From the NCBI GenBank assembly GCA_030752795.1, contig JASMDM010000044.1, positions 17,096 through 81,095 of the forward strand: a stretch of DNA of 64,000 nt. Direction: 5' to 3'. Shown piece after piece: positions 30,184 to 40,471 of this stretch. The notes under the pieces are model-generated. The model saw nothing but the letters and a program-made list of their open reading frames with translations, was not told where the DNA came from and ran no database searches. The stretch is from SAR202 cluster bacterium. Its GTDB lineage: Bacteria > Chloroflexota > Dehalococcoidia > Lucifugimonadales > UBA1123. Each line of letters begins with the position of its first letter. Position 1 is the first letter of the stretch. The position numbers and the translations under genes are program-made.

Positions 30184-31533
30184 ATGACATTGTTCGAGCA
30201 CGAAGCGGCTCAGAAGAAAGAGAAACTCGCTCCGCTGGCGGCGAGAATGCGGCCGCGCACTTTCGATGAGTACGTTGGGCAGGATCACATCGTTGGGTCG
30301 AACACCACGCTGCGTCGGGCTCTGAACGCTGGACACGTCCCGTCGATGATCCTCTGGGGGCCGCCCGGAACCGGCAAGACGACGCTGGCCACGCTGCTGG
30401 CCACGATGACGTCCAGCTATTTTGAACGGATCAGCGCCGTCGGGTCCGGCGTCGCCGATCTGCGGCGCGTCATGTCGGAAGCCAGCGATCGGCTTGGGAT
30501 GCACGGCCAACGATCAATCCTGTTCGTCGATGAAATCCACCGGTTCAATAAAGCGCAACAAGATGTCATTCTCCCCCAGGTCGAGGATGGGACCATCGTC
30601 CTGATCGGAGCGACGACAGAAAATCCGTCTTTCGAAGTAGTGTCGCCGCTGCTGTCGCGGTCGACCGTGTACGCTCTCACTCCGCTCGCGCCCGAGGAAG
30701 TCGAGCAGGTGGTGCATGCGGCGCTCAACGACTCGAACCGAGGCCTCGGAACTCTCGACGTCACGCTGGATGAAGACGCTTTTGAGGTATTGGTCAACCT
30801 GTCGAACGGCGACGCTAGGACGGCACTGAACGGGCTCGAACTGGCGGTGTTGTCCGCGCCGATGAGCTCAAGCGGCGGGCGCATCGTTGACCGCGAGACC
30901 GCTCACGATGCGATGCAACGGCGCGTCGCGCGGTACGACAAATCCGGCGACATGCATTACGACACGATCTCGGCGTTCATCAAGTCGGTCCGCTCGTCGG
31001 ACCCCAACGCGGCGGTCTACTGGCTGGCGCGCATGATCGAGGCCGGCGAAGACCCGCTATTCATCGCACGAAGGATCGTCGTGCTCGCGGCGGAAGACAT
31101 CGGGATGGCGGACCCGCAGGCGCTGTCCGTGGCCGTCGCCGCTCAACAGGCCGTCCATTTCATCGGCATGCCGGAAGGGCGGATACCTCTCGCCGAAGCA
31201 ACTGTTTACCTGGCGACGGCGCCGAAGAGCAACGCGGCTTACATGGCCATCGGCGGAGCGCTGGAAGACGCTCGCAACACCCGCAACGATCCGGTGCCGC
31301 TGCATCTGCGGAACGCCGTCACCGGAATGATGCGCGACCTCGGCTACGGCAAAGACTACAAATACACGCACGACTTCGAAGGCCATTTCACACCTACCGA
31401 CAACTTGCCCGAAAACTTGAAGGACCGCAAGTACTACGAGCCGACCGATCAGGGCTACGAGGCAGAGGTGGCCAAGCGTCTGAGCCGCTGGTGGGGCGCG
31501 CTGGCATCGTTGTCAGATCAGGACGAGTCGTAG
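30184..31533 (+). CDS. rarA: replication-associated recombination protein A (AAA ATPase)
   Basis: LAARMRPRTFDEYVGQDHIVG..., MILWGPPGTGKTTLA, ILFVDEIHRFNKAQQD, and the C-terminal MgsA domain YDTISAFIKSVRSSDPNAAVYWLARM. Confidence 0.95.
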   Translation: MTLFEHEAAQKKEKLAPLAARMRPRTFDEYVGQDHIVGSNTTLRRALNAGHVPSMILWGPPGTGKTTLATLLATMTSSYFERISAVGSGVADLRRVMSEASDRLGMHGQRSILFVDEIHRFNKAQQDVILPQVEDGTIVLIGATTENPSFEVVSPLLSRSTVYALTPLAPEEVEQVVHAALNDSNRGLGTLDVTLDEDAFEVLVNLSNGDARTALNGLELAVLSAPMSSSGGRIVDRETAHDAMQRRVARYDKSGDMHYDTISAFIKSVRSSDPNAAVYWLARMIEAGEDPLFIARRIVVLAAEDIGMADPQALSVAVAAQQAVHFIGMPEGRIPLAEATVYLATAPKSNAAYMAIGGALEDARNTRNDPVPLHLRNAVTGMMRDLGYGKDYKYTHDFEGHFTPTDNLPENLKDRKYYEPTDQGYEAEVAKRLSRWWGALASLSDQDES

Positions 31534-31754
31534 CGCCGGGCCTATCTCCACCAGGGTCAGTGGCTTGCAGGCTACCCGAATGCGGTCGTGGCGAGTTCAA
31601 CCGATAGCAGCTGGCACGCGCGAACTCGAACCTCCCATGGCCGCTCTGGAGCGATCCCTTTTTGGGCCCCGTTCGCCTCAACAACTGAGCTCGATTGACC
31701 TCGGCTTCGGCGATTGCTAAACTCGCGCCATCAGTCTGGGAGCCGCGATCATCG

Positions 31755-34700
31755 ATGCTCTGTCCAAGTTGCGGTCAAGAAAACCGACGGGATGCAACGT
31801 TCTGTGACGCCTGTAGCGCTCGTCTGACCGCACTCGACGCCTTGGCCCGAGGGTCCAATGAACTCGTCGCCGGTCTGATTGCTGACTTCGTCGGCCGCCG
31901 CCGCGAGATGAGCGATCTGGTTTCCGCGTTTGACGACGCAAAATCAGGCGAAGGCCGACTGGTCATGCTAGTCGGCGAGCCAGGGATCGGCAAGACCCGC
32001 ATTGCGGAAGAGTTCGCCGCCCACGCCATGACGCAGAAGTCCGTCGTGCTCTGGGGACGGTGCCACGAGCAATAAGGCATTCCGCCGTTCTGGCCATGGG
32101 TGCAGGCGATCCGGTCCTACGTCCGAGAGCGCGGACCCGAAAAGCTCCTCTTGGATATGGGTGCTGGCGCATCGGTGATCGCCGAGATCGTACCTGATGT
32201 CAACGAGATGCTGCCTGACCTCAAGTCGCCGCCAGAGCTCGACAGCCCGGAGCAAGCCCGGTTCCGCCTGTTCGACGCCACTGCCACTTTCCTGAAGAAC
32301 GTATCTCACCGATCAGACGCCCTAGTGCTCATACTGGAAGACCTGCACTGGGCCGACAAGCCTTCTCTGCTGCTGTTGGAATTCCTGGTCCAGGAGCTTT
32401 CCGAGGGCCACCTGATGGTCGTCGGGACGTATCGGGACGCAGGCCTGTCCAGACAGCACCCTCTGGCCGAAACCCTTGGCGAACTCACTAGGTCGCGCCC
32501 GTTTCAGAGAGTTGCACTTCGAGGTCTGAGCCTCGAGGATGAGGGAGAGTTGATCCACGCCACATCGGGAGCGCAACGAAATCAAGAGTTCGTTGAAATG
32601 ATCCACTCACGCACAGACGGCAATCCCCTGTTCACTGGCGAAGTGCTGCGAATGCTGAAACAAGAAGGCGGTGTCGGTTGGGAAGACGCAGGTTTCAGGA
32701 TACCAGAGGGCGTGAGAGAGGTAATAGGCAGGCGGTTGAACCGGCTGACCGAACGATGCAACCAGGCGCTGACCGTGGCTTTTGTGATCGGTAGAGAGTT
32801 CGAGTTTTCGCTGCTAACCCCACTTGTGGAGGGTATGTCCGGAGACGAACTGTTGGAGTCGTTGGAAGAAGCGCTATCCGTCCGTGTGATAGAGGAGTTT
32901 TCGGACACGGAGGGCCGCTACCAGTTTACCCATAAGTTAATACGAAATACGCTTGCAGAGGAGTTATCGCTTACGAGGCGAACGCGATTGCATGCCCGTG
33001 TCGCTGAGACTCTGGAGCAGCTATACGGCGCCGAAGCGCAGGCACACGCTGCTGAGCTTGCTCATCACTTCTCACAAGCCGAGACAGTCCTTGGCACAGA
33101 AGCGCTGGTGCGCTATTCGATATTGGCCGCGGAGCGTGCGATCGTAAGCTATACGTATGAAGAGGCAAAAACCCACTTTGACCAGGCGATGAAAGCCAAG
33201 ACTGGCCAAGGTGTGGATTCGGAGATGGCTGCTATTCTGTTCGGGCTCGGTCGAGCCCAAGTAGCCACATACGTGCGAGATGAAGAGGCCCGACAGGCAG
33301 TCTCAAACCTGAGTCGTGCCTTCGATTACTACGACGAAGTCGGAGATGTGGATCGTGCCTTGCCCATCGCTCAGATTCCCCCGACCACGTACATAGCGTC
33401 GGATCCCAAGTTCCGACGCCTGGTAACTCGTACCTTGGAGTTGGCGCCAACTGACTCCCATCATGCCAGGGCTCTCCTGCAAACCTCCGGCCTCGAGTTG
33501 GGTTTGCGTGGAGCCGATTATGAGGGAGCTCGCGATACATTTGATCGCGCCATTGCAATCGCACGGCGCACGGAGGATGCTGCTCTCGAGATGAGCGTGC
33601 TGTCCCAGGCTGCTAGGGTGGATTGGTACCATCTGCGTTTCCAGCAGTATCTGGATCGCGGCCTCGCCGCCATCGATCTCGCATACCGAGTTAATGACGT
33701 CAGCGCCGAGGTACGGGCTCGAGTTCACGCTTTGGGTTCTCAAGTTGTGATTGGCGACCTGGAAGGGGCACGCCAGCATGCGCCGGCTTTGGTGTCCGTG
33801 GCCGAAAAGAGTCGTCTGCGGTCACGCCTGGCGATGGCGCTTGCGCTGAACGCCGACCTATCCCGATTCGAAGGCGACTGGAGGAAAGCCCGCAAATTCA
33901 GCGATCGAGCTTTAACCGAAGGTCCCCTGTTCGCACATATCCTGGGCCCACGGGTACTGTTGGAGTACGATACAGGTGAATTCAACCAGGGCGAAGCATA
34001 TCTTAAGCGACTCTTGAAGAGTACGCGCCGGTCAACGCCAGGACGGATTTCGAATTCGTAATGCCCGCCGTGGTCTTGCCAATCGTGACGTACATCACTG
34101 GGGTCGCCCGCCATTTGAACGTTGCCGAAGAAGTTGCGGCAACCGTGCTTTCATCATCCGTCACCACCCCGTTATTTGATAGGTTCGCCAGGATCGGGCT
34201 GGGATTGATCGCCGTCCAGCGAAATGACGCTGCTGCGGCCGAAGAACACTACAGTGCTCTGGGACCACTCCAGAGCGCGCTGTTCATGGAACTTGGCGTG
34301 TGTGACGATCGCATCCGGGGCCTCCTTGCCAAAGTGACAGGCCATTTCAAATTGGCGATGTCTCATTTCGAAGATGCGCTGACCTTTTGCCGCACGGCCG
34401 GGTGCCATCCCGAACTGGCCTGGACATGCCACGACTACGCTGGCATGCTCATCCAGCGTGACGAATCAGGTGATCTCTACAAAGCCAGAGAGCTTCTCGA
34501 CGAGGCCGGCCAGCTCGCTTCAGACCTCGGCATGAAGCCACTCAACGAGAAAGTAAACGCGGTCAGAGAGCAACTCGACGCCCGGCCTGCGCCCAAGCCC
34601 TCCTACCCGGATGGATTGAGTCGCAGAGAGGTCGAGGTGCTTCGTCTGGTGGCCGCCGGCAAGACCAACCGCCAGATCGCCGATGAGCTCGTAATCAGCC

Positions 34701-34803
34701 CGGGGACCGTCGCCTACCACATTACAACATCCTCAACAAGACAACATCGGCCAACCGCGCCGAGGCCACGGCGTACGCCATCAACCACGACTTGGTTTCC
34801 TGA
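31755..34803 (+). pseudogene. large zinc-ribbon / AAA-ATPase / TPR / LuxR-HTH transcriptional regulator, disrupted by one in-frame TAA and two frame breaks
   Basis: Three consecutive track ORFs (31695..32075, 32100..34061, 34061..34846) form one architecture. (1) ...VLWGRCHEQ-TAA(32073-32075)-GIPPFWPWVQAIRSY is in frame. (2) Around 34005-34020 the sequence switches from ...EAYLKRLL to the frame reading LEEYAPVNARTDFEFVMPAVV. (3) Around 34721-34727 the LuxR HTH ...GKTNRQIADELVISPGTVAYHI continues only in another frame as NILNKTTSANRAEATAYAINHDLVS-TGA(34801-34803). Confidence 0.8.
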
Positions 34804-35175
34804 TTCACGGTCTCTGATCCCCTCGCGCATCGCCCTTTCTTGTTGAGCGCTCGACGGTTCTAGCCGTCCAAGCGCACCGCTTCGGACGCCGCCTCGGCCC
34901 CTGATTTCTGCCCCATAAAACTCGTCCCGGTTTTTTAGCCTCCCTATTGGTTTTCGCCACAATTGGGCGCCGGTTTCGATAACCGCACGCCTGGCGACCA
35001 CCGAAACCTTGAACTTCTTCGAGGTTCAACGGGTCCGCGGCGGAATCCTCCACCTTGAAAGACTAGAACTCCTTTTTCGAAACCCTTGAACTTCTGAAGA
35101 TACGCCCGCATACCACTGAGCGCGACCCTCTGCCTATCACCAGCGGCCACCCCGCCGCGAGGAGGCGAAGGAACA

Positions 35176-35778
35176 ATGAAACACACGCGCAGTATTGGCA
35201 AACTGACCATCGTCCTTGGCATCGGCGTCGCAATGTTGACTGGAAATCTGGCGCCAAACATCTCGATCGCCGTCGACGCGTTCACCCCCAACCAGAGCGA
35301 TGAACAGATCGTTAAGGCAATGGTCGTACCACCCTCCGAGGTCTACATCGAAGACCTGGAATACCTGAAGAAATTGGGAACTATCTTGAGGACGACCACT
35401 AGCGGCAACGAAGCGCTGTCTTTCGCAGTCGATCGTGAGATCGGAGTGGTGTTTCAAGATGATAACGGGGCAATGTTCAAACCGGCGCAGGGCTACATCA
35501 TCCTGGACCGGACAGTCTCGCCCGTGGCGGCTTCGCTAAGTTTCGTGCGTGAGATGGCCCACGCTCTGAACGACGTCCAAGAGAACACCGGTGACGCATT
35601 CCTCTCCACTCGCGATGAGTACATCACGGATATGCTTTTGGACGAGGTCGTTGCGACCGTCAAGACGATCTGCGCCGAAACCGAGCTCGAGGACACGATT
35701 GTCGATGTATCCTGCATTGCCGCAACGTTGGAAGACCCGTATTGGGCTGCCTACGTGGAAGCCGTTCGGGATGCCTAG
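35176..35778 (+). CDS. hypothetical secreted protein; may be truncated
   Basis: The signal-like N-terminus is MKHTRSIGKLTIVLGIGVAMLTG. The same frame continues after TAG and TGA stops into track ORF 35818..36039. No family recognised. Confidence 0.5.
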   Translation: MKHTRSIGKLTIVLGIGVAMLTGNLAPNISIAVDAFTPNQSDEQIVKAMVVPPSEVYIEDLEYLKKLGTILRTTTSGNEALSFAVDREIGVVFQDDNGAMFKPAQGYIILDRTVSPVAASLSFVREMAHALNDVQENTGDAFLSTRDEYITDMLLDEVVATVKTICAETELEDTIVDVSCIAATLEDPYWAAYVEAVRDA

Positions 35779-36897
35779 GACCGTGATGCCTGAGACTGGG
35801 AGAACGGTCCCCAAGCATTGATCACGAAGACAGAAAGTGAAATGATCGGGAGAGAAGCCGGATTCGAGCGTTTGGTCACGGCCTTCGAGAATGGTGAGGT
35901 CATCGGTTCGGTGACTGGAGAGACCCACCCAACCTACTACGGAGGATGTGGGACGCGGTGCACTAAACTGTTGCTGTGTTCACCACCAAGGACCGCGCTG
36001 GCGGCGGGTAGCTGGCGCAAGCGTACTTGGTCGCTCTGACGTTCGCTTAGGAGGGTGGGTATCCGCTATGCATGCTGGGGTTCAGTTGACGTGTGACGAC
36101 GAGTCGGAGAATCTCGTCTTCGCTGTCGATACGCGAATCCCGAACGGCAACCAGGCTTTGTCCGCGACCGCCTTTCGGCAGAACCTCATTGAGGGAGTCT
36201 CGCCGCCCGTTCCCTCTTGGCCTGGCTGAGCTGTAACCGCATCAAAATAGAACGCCTTCAGGTCTTCCAAGAACTCCAGGGCGGTGACTGGGTACTCACC
36301 CGAACATCCTCGGACCCAACATTGAAAGGCTGTCGCCCCGCCGATGAAGGCACGCGGTCGATGAGATCGCGACCCGCCGCTCTGCGACCGGAGGCCCTTC
36401 CACCCATGGGCGGCCCCTTCGTACACGGGGCATTCGATGTTTAGCAAGCTTGTTCGAACAACCTCCTATGACTGGTTCGGCAGGACCATTTCTCACCTTC
36501 CCCAGTCACGTCCTGCGATGTTGGCACGTCGCCCTTGCTCGGTCAACTTCAGGAAATGCTATCTAGCATTGACTGGCGGGCGGTTGACTAGCGCCGCGCA
36601 AAACAGCCGGAGCGTTTCCCATTTTGAATGCATCCCGGCGTGATTCGATCGCCTCTACCCTCGTGCGACGTCCAAGGCAGAGCCAGCCGTGGGACAGCAC
36701 CTGCATCCGCATTGCAGCTCATGTCCGATTCGGCGAGTTGACCATTGAGCCGCGACTGCTAATTCTCGGGTCGAACCACAGACGCTCGACAATCCGGGGT
36801 TTGTTGATATAATCGCCCTATCATCCCCGAGGCGTATCGGCGACGACACGGTCGGTGCGCAGATGACATGTATCGGAAAGTAGAAGGAGAGTCGCCC

Positions 36898-37416
36898 GTG
36901 GTTGACCAACAAGGCCAAATATTGAGACCGGAGACGATGATCGAGGAGTTCAAGAAAAACGGCGTGACGCACATCATCACGATTCCGGACTCCGAAACGA
37001 ATTACCTGTACGAGCTCATGGAGAAAGATCCTTCGCTGGACATCATCCCGGTGGCCCGCGAAGGGGAGACCATGAGCACTGCGCTGGGCCTGAACATCGC
37101 GGGCAAAGTGCCGGTGTGCCTGATCCAGAACACCGGCATGATGGAAGCCGGCGACTCGATCCGCGGGATGGCGCTGGACGCCGGGTTCCCGTTGGTGATG
37201 GTGATCGGTTACCGAGGCTGGACTCGCCACGGCGTCGTCAACGACACGGCCGCGAAATATACCGAGCCGTTCCTGCACGCGTTCGGGATAAATTACTACC
37301 TGGTCGAGACCGATGACGACGGCTCACGCATATCGTCGGCGTTCGAAGAGGCGCGAGCCACGAAGCGGCCGGTGGTCGTGCTGATCGGCGACGAGTACCA
37401 CGGTTTCAACAGGTAG
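36898..37416 (+). CDS. ThDP-dependent sulfopyruvate/phosphonopyruvate decarboxylase-like, alpha (N-terminal PYR) subunit
   Basis: ...GVTHIITIPDSETNYLYE...IPVAREGETMSTALGLNIAGKVPVCLIQNTGMMEAGDSI.... A GTG at 36898 is preceded by AAGGAG 8 nt upstream. The track start at 36868 is an alternative. Confidence 0.8.
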   Translation: MVDQQGQILRPETMIEEFKKNGVTHIITIPDSETNYLYELMEKDPSLDIIPVAREGETMSTALGLNIAGKVPVCLIQNTGMMEAGDSIRGMALDAGFPLVMVIGYRGWTRHGVVNDTAAKYTEPFLHAFGINYYLVETDDDGSRISSAFEEARATKRPVVVLIGDEYHGFNR

Positions 37417-37476
37417 ACCCGCTCCGGACGTGGGGCACACCAACATTGTTACGAATGGGAATCATCGGAGGTCATC

Positions 37477-38067
37477 TTGATCGAAGCAACGGATGTATTC
37501 GAAGCATTTCTGCCGCATAGAGGCGACGCCATTGTGTCCGCCACCGGCACGGCGGGCAGCCATTGGAGAGATTTCAGCACCAACACAAGCAGAGACATCT
37601 CTCTCGGCGGCGCCATGGGCCACACGACGCCTGCAGCATTCGGTTTGGCGATGGGCCTGCCCGACGAAAAGGTCGTAGTGTTCGACGCAGAGGGTTCGCT
37701 GCTAATGAACCTCGGCGTGCTTGCGACAATCGCGGGCAAAAAGCCAGCCAACTTCTACCATTTCCTGTTGGACAACGGTTGCTACGCCACGACCGGCGGT
37801 CAACCTGTGCCCAACTCGCAGGAGATCAACTACGCAGGCATGGCCAGGGAAGCCGGTTACGCCTCGACGTACGAGTTCGACGACCTTGAAGAGTTGGTCA
37901 CCAATCTCGAAAGCATCATGCAGGAAACCGGACCGGTGTTCGTCGCGATCAAGGTCTTCGCAGAAGTCCAGAACCTACCTATCGCCCTTCGAACACGCCG
38001 GCCGAGCCGCAGCCGAATGGAGACAATCGTCGACCTACAGAACGAGATCGGAATCAGCGCCGAATAG
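37477..38067 (+). CDS. ThDP-dependent sulfopyruvate/phosphonopyruvate decarboxylase-like, beta (PP-binding) subunit
   Basis: TTG start after GGAGG. ...LGGAMGHTTPAAFGLAMG...VVVFDAEGSLLMNLGVLATIA...LLDNGCYATTGGQ is a ThDP/Mg-binding GDG-like region, with AEGS in place of GDGS. Confidence 0.8.
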   Translation: MIEATDVFEAFLPHRGDAIVSATGTAGSHWRDFSTNTSRDISLGGAMGHTTPAAFGLAMGLPDEKVVVFDAEGSLLMNLGVLATIAGKKPANFYHFLLDNGCYATTGGQPVPNSQEINYAGMAREAGYASTYEFDDLEELVTNLESIMQETGPVFVAIKVFAEVQNLPIALRTRRPSRSRMETIVDLQNEIGISAE

Positions 38068-38130
38068 TCAGGCGCCGACCCGCAACAAGATTCGGCATGC
38101 TCCAGGTACGGACGCAAAGACGTTGAAAAC

Positions 38131-38370
38131 ATGATTTCACTGCCAGTCGCATTGGGGATGCTGAAAGTGGGCTTGATCTTCGGATGGGTCATCGCCGGGT
38201 TGTTCGTGGCGTGTGCATTCGTGATCGCGGTCGTGTTCACGGTCGATCTGGGTGAAAAGGGTTTCGGCATAATTGGAGTCGCGGGGCTGGGATTCGTCGT
38301 CGGAGCAATCCTCGGCGGCGCATTCGAGTTGGTCGGCCACTCGCTCGAGCAAATGACAGACACCGAGTAG
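38131..38370 (+). CDS. small membrane protein (hypothetical)
   Basis: 79 aa with two clear hydrophobic helices (LKVGLIFGWVIAGLFVACAFVIAVVF and IIGVAGLGFVVGAILGGAF). Confidence 0.45.
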   Translation: MISLPVALGMLKVGLIFGWVIAGLFVACAFVIAVVFTVDLGEKGFGIIGVAGLGFVVGAILGGAFELVGHSLEQMTDTE

Positions 38371-38476
38371 ATTCTGGTCGCTGCTCTCTGCAACGGCGGC
38401 CCAGCAATCTGCGGCCTCGCTACAAGCCCATCGGCTCCCCCGGTGTCTCAGCTTGCCGTCGATGTGACCGAACTCG

Positions 38477-39691
38477 CTATGCCTCAGCGGCGGGCTCAGG
38501 TTGGACGGAGTCGAAGCGAGCCACTCGCCGGAGCACCCACGCCGCGTTCACCACGACTACCGCGCCGCCGATTGCGATTGCTACAGGCGCGCCAACTGCG
38601 TTCGCGATGGCGCCGGTGTGGAACCCCGCCAGTCCGCTGACTCCCCACATCATCGCCTGAAAGCTCAGAACACGGCCTCTCAAGCCGTCAGGCACGCTAG
38701 TTTGGAGGACCGTGTTCACGGTGGTCTCGTACATCACCACGGAGGCGTACGCCGCGGCAATTACGACGAGGGAAACAGGCAGCCACTGAGAGAACGCGAA
38801 CACCACAAGGAACACGCCGAAGCCGAAACTGCCGCCGACCATGAGGCGCGATTTTCGGTTGACCTCGCCGATGTTCGACATGATTATCGACGACACCGTC
38901 GCGCCCGCGCTGCCCGCCGCCAGCAGGTACCCGAGCCCCGACGCTCCGGCGTCCAGCACGTCGCGTGCCATCACCGGCATCATCGCCTCGTGCGCCCAAC
39001 CGAATCCTTCAACGACGAACACCATCAGGATCAGCGTCCGAACTTTCGGGTCGCTGATGACGTATGAAAAGCCTTGCTTTAAGTCCTCCAGCGGTGTCGT
39101 CGGCGTCCGGGGTTCGCGCGTCACCTTCCGCATTGCGAGGATGAGAAACGGAGCTAGACCGTAACACACGGCGATCACCACGTACGCGTAACCGATGTCG
39201 AACCGGCTCACCACTGCGCCAGCCAGGAGAGGCGCTACGATGCCCATCACCGTCATGCCCGCAAATCGGGCGGCCGTTGCGCTCAACAACTTTTCGCGGC
39301 CGACGATGTCCATCGTCATTGCCATCATGGTCGGGACGTGGGCCGACGCCACCGTGCCTTCTAAGAACGAAGCCAAGATTACGTGCCAAAGCTTGATGTT
39401 GTCGGTGAGTATGAGGACCGCGAGCGTCAAACCGAGCAAGCTCCGGATGCTCATCGACACGAGCACCAATTGCCTGCGCGGGATCCGATCCGAGAGCACG
39501 CCACCGACGACCGCGAACAGAGTCAGCGCAAGGCCCCCCGTGCCCGCGGTAATGCCAACCCACAGAGGCGAGTCGCTGACCTGAAGGGCCAGCCAACCGT
39601 GCACCGTGAAATAGGTAATCAGCGCCATGTCGTTTAGGACGCTGGCGAACCAAAACATTCTGAATTGGCGATCTCTAAATAGCGACCACAC
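38477..39691 (-). CDS. MFS transporter
   Basis: 404 aa, MWSLFRDRQFRMFWFASVLNDMALITYF..., with about 12 hydrophobic spans and an LSDRIPRR loop motif. Confidence 0.85.
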   Translation of the reverse strand: MWSLFRDRQFRMFWFASVLNDMALITYFTVHGWLALQVSDSPLWVGITAGTGGLALTLFAVVGGVLSDRIPRRQLVLVSMSIRSLLGLTLAVLILTDNIKLWHVILASFLEGTVASAHVPTMMAMTMDIVGREKLLSATAARFAGMTVMGIVAPLLAGAVVSRFDIGYAYVVIAVCYGLAPFLILAMRKVTREPRTPTTPLEDLKQGFSYVISDPKVRTLILMVFVVEGFGWAHEAMMPVMARDVLDAGASGLGYLLAAGSAGATVSSIIMSNIGEVNRKSRLMVGGSFGFGVFLVVFAFSQWLPVSLVVIAAAYASVVMYETTVNTVLQTSVPDGLRGRVLSFQAMMWGVSGLAGFHTGAIANAVGAPVAIAIGGAVVVVNAAWVLRRVARFDSVQPEPAAEA

Positions 39692-39936
39692 AAGCTCTTC
39701 TCAGTTAAACCGGCGCATCCGATTTGGGGAGTGTTCCATCGTGGCGACGCATGCCCGAAAAATCGCATCTGTCGCGGGTCGATCACGGGGCAGACGCGGT
39801 TCAACCGCTGGTCTCAACGAGTCACGTTGGTTGGGCACTGTATCCATTCAGCGACCGTGGGTATCCGCTCGCCCTGAGCAACGTTATGTCCGACGATCGG
39901 ACAAAGCATGAGGCAGCAACGACGGCTCAAAATAGT

Positions 39937-40085
39937 GTCATTCTGAGGCCGCAGCCGAAGAATCTGGGGCCCCGCAGGGAGATAATTTTCGCATACGACC
40001 AGATCCTTCGCTGCGGCTCAGGATGGCGAGATGAGGAGCCGTTACTTGGAAGCTTGTCGAAGGGCCTCCGCCCATCAAGATGCGA
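39937..40085. repeat. roughly 150-nt mosaic palindromic repeat; near-identical inverted copy at 60115..60260
   Basis: GTCATTCTGAGGCCGCAGCCGAAGAATCTGGGGCCCCGCAGGGAGATAATTTTCGCATACGACCAGATCCTTCGCTGCGGCTCAGGATGGCGAGATGAGGAGCCGTTACTTGGAAGCTTGTCGAAGGGCC.... Its reverse complement matches 60115-60260 with only scattered mismatches. Confidence 0.75.
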
Positions 40086-40471
40086 GCCACCCTAGGCAGC
40101 GGGTTGATCGCGGACCACCAACGCGTCACCGACGTCACCTCCGGCGCGCTCTCAGTGAGCTCGCGCGACTGGAGTGGCGCGCCAACAAACCCGCGCGCGC
40201 GCTCCTGCGGAACCCCAGATCCGACGCTTCACTGAGGGTGGCATAGAAGCCGTGTCGCTGCCCACCAATTAACCTATCTCGTGGCAGCGATAACGCCGAC
40301 CCTGATAGTGCGCACTGAAGCTTTGCCGGTCGCGGATTCGGTGTATGGTACGTGTGGCGACCGAGTCTCGGCAGGGAGGACGGGTCACCTGAGCAATCAG
40401 TCCACTCAAGTGCTTCGGATCCATCCAACCGGGGTGATCTCTTGCGCCTCGGCAGACCGCCAGGCTCCCGG

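Noticed and set aside
31598-31680. A tRNA-like string on the minus strand: ...GAGCTCAGTTGTTGAGG...GGGAGGTTCGAGTTCGCGCGTGCCA.
   Set aside because: The TTCGAGT loop is not flanked by a complementary T-stem (GGAGG versus TCGCG). I could build no acceptor stem or anticodon arm. It is probably a chance resemblance or a decayed fragment.
6967-32075. The idea that TAA is recoded (a sense codon or programmed read-through), because two conserved genes carry in-frame TAA at 6967-6969 and 32073-32075.
   Set aside because: argS ends with the canonical family C-terminus ...APEQM followed directly by TAA, so TAA works as a stop here. The two TAA contexts share no motif, and the regulator also carries frame breaks. 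Nonsense mutation or sequence error is the simpler explanation.
36082-36447. A 121-aa ORF (-) with a locally plausible segment (EYPVTALEFLEDLKAFYFDAVTAQ).
   Set aside because: The rest of the ORF is junk-like, with no RBS and no recognised family. I treated it as part of the degenerate AT-rich stretch rather than as a gene.
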